Origin: Mytilus edulis
Lineage: Eukaryota
Length of the DNA: 64,000 bases
Assembly: GCF_963676685.1 (NCBI RefSeq)
Contig: NC_092345.1
Span: 46,500,001 to 46,564,000, forward strand
Direction: 5' to 3'
In this document: piece by piece, positions 12,801 to 24,800 of the stretch
Position numbering within the stretch: the first letter of the stretch is position 1
How the letters are laid out: each line of letters opens with the position of its first letter
Translations under genes and position numbers: made by a program
Notes under the pieces: generated by a model
Told to the model about the DNA's origin: nothing
The model's database searches: none
The model's input: the letters and a program-made list of their open reading frames with translations, nothing else

Positions 12801-15800
12801 AAAAAAAACAGTTATTGTAACGCGCAAACCATAGATAACGTGAACTTTCTTATGTTCATTTAATAAGAATAAAGTATGCCTCTATAATATGCAACTTCTC
12901 ATTTATTTCAGGATGATTTACCTAGTTCTTATTACTGTAACATTAATTTCGTCAGCTGCATGTGAAAAACTATGTTTATATTGTGACCATGTACCTATTC
13001 CTCAGGATTGTTCACGTGTTGTGAGATGTGGAGCCCATGAAGTAAGCACTGATCTAGATTTGTTATTATACATGTCCTTCGATAATATACTTAAATGACG
13101 TTAAAACTGCATACCAATCAGATTTTGCAAGATACTAGGAATACAAAAAATAGCAATAACAAAAAATCGTTCTCGAAAATAATTGATTCCTTTTTAGAAC
13201 TTTTTCGCAATTTACAATGTTTAAGTACTGTCCTTACTGGTTATTAGCCATGTGCATTTCAGACTACTTACTAGTTATTTATGCCATTGCAATCCATGAA
13301 CTGTCAGTCAAAATACTCATCATAACTACGAACAAATAATTCAGATCTTAGTAAAGACTAAAATAAAACAGCAGATTAATCAAAACTTTACATTTTGATG
13401 AATTGAACTGCATTTAAGCTGACATTGTACATAATATTTTACAGGATTGTTATGTAGAAAAATTTGTTACACCTGATGGATATAAATATTATTCTTTGGG
13501 ATGTCGGGATATCGATGTAAGTTTTCATTCATTTAAATGATTGTATATTACTACCCTTGAATAACATGATCGCTGCCCTGAGGTGTTGATTTTGGTCTGG
13601 AGCTATGGTAACTCCTGTGTCAAACTCCTACTGAAGAGGAACGTTTATTGGATGTTTTTATAGATAAGCTGCTAAGTCCATTCGCATTTGGGACGTAAAT
13701 TTTGTAGCTAATATAACGATAATTTACAGATTGCCAACCACCAAACCAAATAACAACAAAATAAAAGGATCTGATCAACATGGAGTTACAAAAAACATTC
13801 GTGAGCAGGAGAGATCTCTTGTGATTCTTCCAATAGAAATTGTATGCAAAGTAAACATAGATACCAGCATGTGATACTTAGTTTTTGATGTCTAATTAAT
13901 TCATTTGCACACATACATGATGTCCTCAAAGATTAATATAATCTCAATATCAGATCATATCATTTGTTTTATGTGCACGTTTATAAATACTATCAAAGTT
14001 AAGTACTATAAATTAACCAAGCTTTATTCTCCACGTAGAAATGTTCTGGGGTATCGGCTATTGGTAAAAGGAGTTCCGGAAGCCTCGTGTTGAGGGACAA
14101 TTCACCTGTAGAAGAAGCTAACGATAATGGGGACACATCATTTTGCCGTGCATGCTGTAATGGAAAAGCCATCTGTAATGTTGACAATTTGTGTGGTTCA
14201 CCAGGTGAATAACAACTTATACCAGATGTTAAATGGAAAAAAAACATGATATAGAAAATTTAAGAAAACAAAAACAGTTCCACAAATCGATTAGATTATC
14301 TGACCTTCAAATTGATTTAACAGTATATATTACAATACAGTGTAATGGTTGTAATTCTGTAAAGATAAACTGTTTATAAGACAAAATTCGAGGCATTTTC
14401 ATTCAACACAAAGATACATACTTTAATTTCCTTTTATTCATACAGAACCAAACACATACGGCGGTCATATTTGTTTCCATTGTGAACAAGTGGAACATCC
14501 AGGAAAATGTAACAAGATAACTTTATGCGGCCAAGGTCAAGTATGTATTTTTTCTATTTTCTTGTTCTTCCTTTGCCATACTTGTAAAAAGTAAAATCAC
14601 AAAAGTACTGCACACTGAAGAAAATTCAAAACGGAAAGTCCCTAATCCAATTGAAAAAATCAAAAGCTCAAACACATCAAATGAATAGACAACAACTATC
14701 AAATTCCGGACTTGGTACACGCATTTTCTCAAATAAAATTAAGTCTGGTGTTTTTAACATTTTTTTTCCTCTATTAAGAATTTTGAGTCGAAACGAAAGT
14801 TTGTCGTATGATATTTTGATCCTGGTCTATGATGAATTTATTTACCTTATAATTCTACCTTTGAATATATGTAAAGCATTTTCTTTTAGAATTTGTTTTT
14901 TTCTAACATATCACTATTGACAAATAACATCAACTGTTTAATATTACGGACAGTATGATGTTAGAAATAGTAAATGTTTATTATTAATTTTACACTTGTT
15001 ATGCCATCATCACTTTGTAACCTCAATCACATGATCAATGGTATGTTCGACTTTGCGTGGCCACCTCATACTTTCAACGTTTTGTTAACAATACGTACTT
15101 CTCATTAACTAAGTTGTGTTCGTTATTGACAACACACCTGTTGATACTAGTGGCGCAAGGGTAAATTTTCCTTCATAAAATACGAGTTCCTCATTAATTT
15201 ACGCTGATATATCAGTAAAAAAGCCGATAAATAATTACACAAACAAAAATGAACTCGACGTAATCAAATAAATATAGTCCTAAATGGTGAGCGCCACTGA
15301 TGAGTTTACGTCGTATTGTGTTCAAAAATGCAAACTTTGTGTCCCTAGATTTTTTTATACCATTATGACTGTACATTAAAATTTGAATTGTTTTTCAACT
15401 CATTTGCAGTCTTGTAAAGTAGTCCAATACATCAACAGGTTTTCCAAGAGGCCGAATTACAGTTCCGGATGTGAAGAACGCGACGTAAGATTATACAGTC
15501 ACCTATTTGTTTTACTAAAAAGAACTGATTAGAATTCAGAATGAATTAACAAACTGACGATGCTTTATGTGAAATTAATTGTTTAGAAAGAGTTTGCTGA
15601 TAAGGCGGAATAGTATTATGAAGTCACATTGACTTCGCAATTGTTATTGGGTCCGAATAATGAAGTTTTCTGAATTGGTCCATTTTTATTGAAATAGGAG
15701 GCGAGAGATACAAAAGGGACATGTAAACGCACGTATAAATGAAGAATTTAAAGAGAATTTTCTGAACGACTAAGAAAGTATTCAGAAAAGAATGAATTGG

Positions 15801-18800
15801 ACAGGAACTACAATATGAAAAAAGCAAAAGATTCTGATACTTTATAGAAGTAGCATCATATAAGATTAACCATTTTTCGTAAAGCTTATGCTATATTGTA
15901 CTGCTTTCAAAACAGCCAAACCTTTCAAGGATTGCGTTCAATCCAGCATTAGAATGGGAATACATTAAGAAGATATTTATCTTTCATTTATAGTACAATA
16001 AAAACTGATAATGGAAATGGGAAATGTGTCAAAGAGACAACAACCCGACCAAAGAGCAGATAACAGCCGCAAACTATCAAGAAATGCACAACTTTTCCGA
16101 ATGATTTGAAATACAGACATATTGGTCGGGTTGTTGTCGCTTTGACACATTCCTCATTTCCTTTCTCGATTTTATAATGATATGATGCCCTAATGTTTTG
16201 GGTCTATTAAACATAACTAAAAAGACTTTAATACAAAAAACGGGGGAGAAAAACATACTGCGGGTATAAAGGCGATATAGTGTTTTTATCATTAATATAT
16301 TCACCTGATAATAATAGCTGCTATCACCTGATAATAATAGCTGCTATCTGTATTGTATCTTTTCAGGAGTGTAATTTACTAAATGACAGCACAGAATGTT
16401 GCGATTCAAATTTCTGTAATGATAACCTACGTACGTTTTCTTTTCCTTTCTTTATTATATTACAATTAATGTCTATTGACGTTTTATGTTGATTTTTGTA
16501 CATACGAATCGTTTTTGGTCAATACCGTTTACCATGTACTCAGCGATCAAATTTTATTATAACATTACACGTAAAACGTTAGCTAAAATATCTTTTAAAA
16601 AACGACTAAATTCCCTTATTGTGTTGTTTGTCTAACGAAAGGACTAGATTTAACAAATCAAAAGTACACATCATGAACGGCATGCATTGAACCAATTTTC
16701 TACATTATCTTTCATAATAGTTATCAAAGGTACCAGGATTATAATTCTTTACGCGTTTCGTCTACATAAGACTCATCAGTGACGCTCATATCAAAATAGT
16801 TATAAAGCCAAAAAGTACAACGTTTAAGAGCATTAAATACCCGAAATTTCAAAAAGTTGCGCCAAATACGGCTAAGGTAATCTATTTCTGGAATAAGAAA
16901 ATCCTTAGTTTTTCGAAAATTCAAAGTTTTGTAACAGTAAATTTATAAAATTGACCATATAATTGATATTCATGTCAACGCCTAAGTGCTGACTACTGGG
17001 CTGTTGATACCCTCGGGGACGAAACGTCCACCAGCAGTGGCATCGACCCAGTGGTGTAAATAGTTACATGTATCAAAGGTACCAGGATTATAATTTAATA
17101 CGCCACACGCGCGTTGCGTCTACATAAGACTCATCAGTGACGCTCAGATTAAAATAGTTATAAAGCCAAACAAGTACAAAGTTGGAGAGCATTAAATACC
17201 AAACATTTCAAAAAGTTGTGTCAAATACGGTTAAGGTAATCTATTCCTGGGATAAGAAAATCCTTAGTTTTTCGAAAAATTTAAAGTTTTGTAACAGTTA
17301 GAAAAAATCGTTTAAAACCGAATATTTGAAAGCAAAATATGTATAAGAAATAAGACAGTTTAAGCGCTTATAAATCTGTGTAATTCAAATACATAATTTC
17401 TTTGGATTTTTTTTAACTAGAGATTCCAGTTTTTAATCTCTATGCCCTCTATGGAAACTGATCTGGTTGAGGTATCTGTAAATGTTAGTATTCTGGTATT
17501 CATTTTAGCTTGCAAAGTAAGACTGAACGATAATCCAGTTCTAAGTATACCATACATAAACCAAGATGGAGATGTGAAATTTAACTGTACATTTAGGAGT
17601 TCAACATCTAGGATGGACGTTGTGTACAAAGTGTCATGGACTGTAGATGGTCACCCTTTAAAAAACAGAAAAGGAATTGATGAAGTTACTTTATTAAGTT
17701 CATACGAACGCGTTGCTATTTTAGATGCATACAATCTTAATGGAAACCTTAATAAAATGGTATATTATCACATTATAAAACCGTATAAGACACTTTTTAA
17801 ACAAGCATGCATCGTAAAGGTGTAATACCACCAAAATCATAGTATGTAACATCCAGTTGCAAACAACAAAGGGTTGAAAAATATTCTCTTTAACTTGACA
17901 TTTCGTTGCAATAAAACATTGCTTGGTCATAAACCTATACATGTTTCAAAGCATCATCTAAGTTTTAATTGTTGTTTCTATAGAATAATTTGGAAGCTTG
18001 AGCTAACATGGTTCATGAAGCTTCTTCAAAAAGTGCAATTTTACGAAGAATAATAGCGGAAAATAAATGGTGGTATGACACCTAAACGAATTAAACTTTT
18101 ATAAGCCTGGTACCTTTGATAACTATTAGTATGTCGAAATGACCTTTTGTATTGTTTATAGTGTATTTCTCTATCCTGGATGTTCTTGCATTTACTTTTA
18201 TTGTAATCCTGTCACGTAATGTTGTCATTTTAGTGTTAATTTAACATTGTTATGAAAGCGCGAGGTTTTCCTAGCCACAAAACCAGATTCAACCCACCAT
18301 TTTTTTTTTAAATGTCATGTACCAAGTTAGAATATGGTGGTTATTATCTTATAGTTCGTTGCCTTTATTTTTACCGAAAGTATGATATGAACACATCCAC
18401 GTCAATGAGACAGTCACTAAGCGATAGAAACTACTTTTATTGTCAATAAGAAATTAACACGTTGTCTTTGACAGCGGCTGGTATTTAAATTTTGACTTAA
18501 ATCGCACAATATGAATATTTAACAAATACTATTAGAGATCTACCATCATCTCCACATCTTGACAAAATTCAGTAAAATATTGTAAAACACTACCACTTAC
18601 GAGTTTCCTGATTTTGGACAGGTACATTCGAACTATAAGAAAATTGTTGAAATTTCAACCTATTTAAAAATAGATTGGTTGAATTGAAAATTGAACATAC
18701 CACATACCAGATATACAACAAAATCAAGGTTCTTTGATCAATGTGATTTTACAACAACAAAAAATTAGGATATTATGTAATTTTAAATATTGAAATCTAA

Positions 18801-21800
18801 AATTTAGCACTTTATCATCAATTCTCTACTACATATTGAATATAATTTAAGCTCCGGTGTAAGGTTGAACCACAGTGTAGTATTGGTGATCCCTTACCTG
18901 GATCACACAGTAATGGCTACTGGGTAGGAATAAAGGTAAATATTGACAAACATTTAGTTGATTAATTTATCTTCCTTGCTTAGCTGCATGTAGCAAATAT
19001 TAGGCGATATTTAGAACGACTGGGCATTACTAGTTTTGATAATAAAAAAATCGACTTTAAAAGAATTGGAAGAAAGCTATACACAATATGACAATATTTG
19101 AACAAATAATATTACGTTTCAGCTGTATGAAGTGAAGAGATTATGGGAGAAGAAAAGCAAGGAAATTAACACCAAAACGAAAACAATAATTGTAGACAGT
19201 TTCTACTGCTTAATTTATAAAGAACACAAACCTCTTACGTCGAGTACAATTAAGCAATATGAAAATATGTTCAGTTTATTTTCACTATCTTAAATGGGCG
19301 TAAGGTAAATTCTGTCCCATTACATTATTAGAACAAATTGATACCTTTCAATAATTTCAAACAATTTTTACTGAACAAATATTAGTTGTACACAAAGGCA
19401 ATGATATCTTGCCGGGTGTTGTAAATTAAGTACTCATTTCATTCATCATTTGCTTCTACAGGTATCCCCACAAAGAATATCTCATACAGTAGAACAGAAT
19501 ATAACACTGGTATCAACATTGCCAGTAGTCAGTAGTGATGGGTTACATAAACTATATGTTGGTCCACAGATAGAGAGTACAGGTATTAATGATTACTAGT
19601 TAAAACGTCGTAAAAATGTCAAATTGATAAGAGATGAAGGGATATAAGCCACTGAAATAGCGACACAACAACACAACAATACCAAAACGACATCAAGAGA
19701 TGATCAAATGATCAGCAACAACAAACATATGTCTATTTATTATGTTGGTCTCTAAATTACCCGGGTTTAATAATGAGATGCTACTCAACATGCTCAATAT
19801 ATTCCATTCAATGCCCTTTTGACCCTCAATAGAATTATAAAACTATAATAAAAATAACTAATGACTAGGTTCCTGTTTTGGAACCAGCCATTTAAATGAT
19901 ACGGAGTAAAAGATTACTAAATAAGTATACCAAACTTTTGATCTCTTGAACAAGATGTTTTTGTTCCCATCAGACTCATCAGTGGTACTCGATTTAAAAA
20001 GTGTTAAAGGCAAGATTTGATAATAATTCGAAGATCATTGCAACTTCAGGTAAAGTGAAGATCGTGTTGTTTTCCCGTTCTCTATGTAGCTTCATCTTGT
20101 AAAGCAATGGGTAAATTCATAAATTCACTTTCGATAGAAACAAAAAGAACAGAATTTCCATTTTAACAATTAAACTGATATATGAGGGAAACGATGAAAA
20201 ATAGCACCTTTAATCACTTTTAAGGCCATAAAATAGTGAATATAAAATTGAGAATAGAGTAGATAACAGCAGAAGGTCACCAATACATACTGTTTGTGTG
20301 GCACAAAAATGCTGCCTACAGTAAAATTCAGAAGCTAAATGAATTAGTAAGGAAATTAAAATAGCAAATTTCCGCTGCTGATGATAAACAAGTTATATTA
20401 TCTATTTCAGGTCAGAATTTAACTGCGTGTAAATACCCTTTTGAATGGGATCCGTTTACTAGAAAGTACATCAGTACGATACCTGTTCATATTCTGCCAC
20501 ACTCATTTTACAAGACTTCCGACAAGTTATTCTTTAGACAACTGAAGGATTTAAATTTTCCAATATTTCGGAACTACAATTTACCAATTGTTCAGATAGG
20601 AGTAAGTTTTCATTAACAATAACAATAATACAATTGAGAAAAATAACACTACAAAAAAGACTAAATGCATACATTTGTTCATCTTTATAACAATTAACGT
20701 TTTCGTATAACCTAAACAGAAATATTTAGCATAACAGAACAGCATACCACACCTGCAATATAAAAGAACAAACCATACTATGTTTGTTCCCATAGGCGAT
20801 AATCAAATACGTTTTTTAACATTTAACATAGAACTGACTATTTTTCGTAGTATTCTTGTATGAGATGAAAGTTAAAAATAAACATTTTTTAATTTAAATA
20901 TACACTCATACATATATTTTAAAAACAAACTAATCGAAAATACCATCATATTAGAAATTGGTACACATTAAGAGCCTAAAATTTCGAAAGATTTGGCCAA
21001 ATATAACTGACATTTGACAGATACTATAAATAAAATATTTTATATCATCTATGCATATTAATTTGAACTTTGGACTTTTCAAAGAGCTACATGGCCAACC
21101 ATGATGTATCCCATAGGTGTGAACTTAAGGAAGGACATGTAAACGTGTTTGACAACTTGTAAGCATTTACTTACCATTTTAGGAATATTACAAATAATTT
21201 CTTATATGAAGAGGGATATCATAAAGTCTATGCAAATACGCCGTTTTAGATTCAGAAGTGTCGGAAGTGTCATTGTTTGTATATGAAAAAGAAAATTACG
21301 TCATGACAGACGTTTAATTTCAAGTATTTAAGACGTTATTAGCTAATCCTAACGTTTTTGCATCATAATCTGAAACGACGATTTCATCTTAACAAATTAA
21401 TTCAATGAAACGAATTACACCATTAAACTTGAGGGTATGAATAGAATTACATATAAGAGTATAATGAGCGATACAAAATAACAATTAAAAAAGGATTTTT
21501 TAAAATGTGAAGAATACAGAAATAAAGAACCCATTATGACTCTCACGCTTAACAAGTGAGTTATTTCAGTAAAAACAAATTGCCGATCTGCCTATCTTTT
21601 AAACAGCAAAACTCAATATCTCCCCTTACAAAATTTATTATATGTAGTTAACCTGTGTCATCGCATTGTTAAGAGAAAAAACATGTTTGGTGTATTATGT
21701 AGGATGGAGGGTTATTTCGCTGTGTTAAGGACCTATTTGTTAACTTATGTTTTTTTTTTTGGCTCTTTGACATATATCCCATTTCCATTTTCAATTTTAT

Positions 21801-24800
21801 GATGATTCTTCATGTAGTACATTGAATAGCCAGTTGAAGGTTTTACATAGATATCTAAATACATTTGGAATAACCATTTACGCGTAGTTTTACATAAACT
21901 CACTTGAGTCTCTCCGACTAAGTTTAAAAAGACTTAAGTAAGGAAATACGAAAGGAACACGATCCTACATGCAGTACTTACAGTCATTTCAAATTGTAAT
22001 TTAACATCACTGTTTGCTAAATCAATTTTATTTGTGTTTTATTTTTTTTTTAATTTTTAGGAAAATAGATGAGACACTAGATGCCTCAGCATATTCATAT
22101 TTAGAACTTTACAAAACAACTTCCACACCCACGATTGAGGTAAGTATATTAGAACCTAGCAATAATTTACCATAGTTTTACGGATTTTTCTTTATATCAA
22201 GTACCACTGAAGCAAACATTACGTCAAGAACTTCGACTTTATCTGTTCCTAATTATTACTTTGATGTCACGGAATATTTATGTTTCAGTAACAAATAGGA
22301 AGAAAACATTTGCCAATTGAATGTAGCTTAACAACTGTTACTCATTACATCCTCCAGGGCATCTGAGAAGTAAAGAAAGTGGTTCCAATTACAAATCGTA
22401 AAATTAAGAGAATCTTAGATGGAAATATCAAATGTAGAACATTATAAATAATGGTTAATGCTAACGAATACAATTGTGTTAGTATTTATTATCAGCTGTA
22501 ACACTAAGCAATTACTTAATACACATGTATCCTTCATTTTAAATAAACGTTAGAACAATTTACTGTGACAATTCATTTATATATCACTTTGTCAGTAAAT
22601 GTATCTCATAAAATACACAGGTCCAAGTAAAAAGACAACCTTGTGGCAATAAAAACTGCTCTTGTGCAATCATTGTTCGTGAAGGGAACGACGCCGTACA
22701 AATAGATACCTGCGGGCAGACAACATCAATTATCCCAGAAGTTACGTATTTATCAAACACTTCGGAAAAACACATGAGCATGCACCAAACAGATGACGGA
22801 TTATTTTTTCGCGTGAGTAAACTATTAGCATTGTTTTGTCATGTGTATTTACAATTGCGGCAGTTTTACGAACGCTTATGACAATCTGAGTCGGTTCTTT
22901 ATATAGTACTTTCATTATGTTAAATATGCATTTACGCTGTGAACTAAACTTTCAAAAAAGTAATTAACACATAAGCATTATTCCTGTAAACTACTTGTAA
23001 GTACACTTTTTTTCCAACTGCTATGGTAGTTAATCGTATTTAATAAACTCATCATAGATACCAAGATTAAATTTCGTATTTAAGCCAGACGCGTGTTTCG
23101 TCTACAAAAGACTCATCAGTGACGCTCGAATTTAAAAAAGTTAAAAAGGCCAAATAAAGTACGAAGTTGAAGAGCATTGAGGACCCTTACAGTCCACTCA
23201 AAACCTTTGTTATACGAGACATGCTAATGTTAGTTTACTTTTTCTTTAACATTGTACATGTTATATAAAGGTTATCAAGCAATAGCATGGCAAAACTATT
23301 TAATTGCATTATTCTTCATCGAAAATGGCTTGAAATGTTTTTTGTAACATCCAATTACTAGTAGTATAGTACACTTATTTTCTTGTTCATTTAACTAAAA
23401 TTTACAGAATTTATTAAACGGTTATATATTAAAACTAGTGTATACATATGAGCACATATTTCACTTGAATAATACTCATTTGTTGGTTTTTGAGTTACGT
23501 TCGTCATAAATTACAGGTCACAGTATTGTCTGGTTCAAATATAACAGTAAATTTGACCGGGTCGGATCCAGACATGCATGTAGTGTTGTCGATCTTAGAC
23601 CAAGACAAGAATCCTCCTGGCGGGATTTGTGGGAATGAAACATGGTTATTTATACCTGGTATTGGAAATGTAGCAGCAAATGGTCAAAAGGAACCAGAAT
23701 TTCTTAAAGCATGGACGTAAGTATCTCATCATTACACCTTTCATTTTTTTCATTAAGTTTATTATGGCACTTGTTTTCTACATTTTTTCTACTCCTTATT
23801 TCATATATAAAGTTAAATCTTTGTTGTTGGACTTTACAAACCAGACTATTAAGGAAGTAGATTATTTATATTTTTTTTATATTATTTAATGGTTTTGTAC
23901 CGACCGAAAGCTCTGGGAAATTGTATTAACTAGGAAAGTCCCTTGTCAAATTGCAAAATCAAAAGCTCAAAAGTCGAAAATGGTGGATTAAAACCTCGTT
24001 TTAGAGCTAGCTATACCTTTCACTTATTTGACCATCAGATGAAGTATGCAACTTCTATGGATAGAATTTCATTATCTTGACAACCTTTTGTTAACAAAAC
24101 AAACAGAGATAACAGGAACAATGTCAAAAAGATGGGTACAGCAGTAAACGTTGTTTATTTTAATCACAATTAAAATAATTTAATATGTCAACAAAGAACA
24201 ACAAAATGGCATATAGACAAAACACATTAGCAAAAATAAAAAACAGGAATACAAAATATGACTATATTTTATTGGCGGAATATATAAGTACCTAGCCACG
24301 ACAACAGACTATTGCCAACAATGAACTAAACATTAAAGGTTATACTTTATAAATAAGACAAATAAAAGAACACTTTTACACGTTAGCAAGATAATACACT
24401 ACGTAAAAAACATATTTACTGAACTTCAATACCATCGAGTGTTATTTGTGAAGTTGATACGGAATATTTAAAAAAAGGTCTTCGTATCTTCCAAATAGTT
24501 TTACATAGTTTGATTATTGCGATTCATAACTGCATTTTAACTATATTACGAAATGTTAAACTTGGTATTTCGATATCCATGCCAAAGCTATAGGGTCATG
24601 TGGTATTTACAGACATTGTTGATTCGATTTTTTTCAAAAATATTAATCACAAACATTGTCTTCCAATCAGTGGAGCATACACTTCAGTGTTATCCAAAAT
24701 CTTCTCCCCTAAATGGGCCCTTCATGATGACGTGTTTTTATTTATTAACGAAATGTCCTATAAACGATATGATCAAATCAGTTGAGTTATTGAAGGTAAA

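Noticed and set aside
16992-17055. HDV-like ribozyme
   Set aside because: No P1.1, P4 or J4/2 catalytic C segment between the two 3' pairing strands; kept as an unclassified structure.
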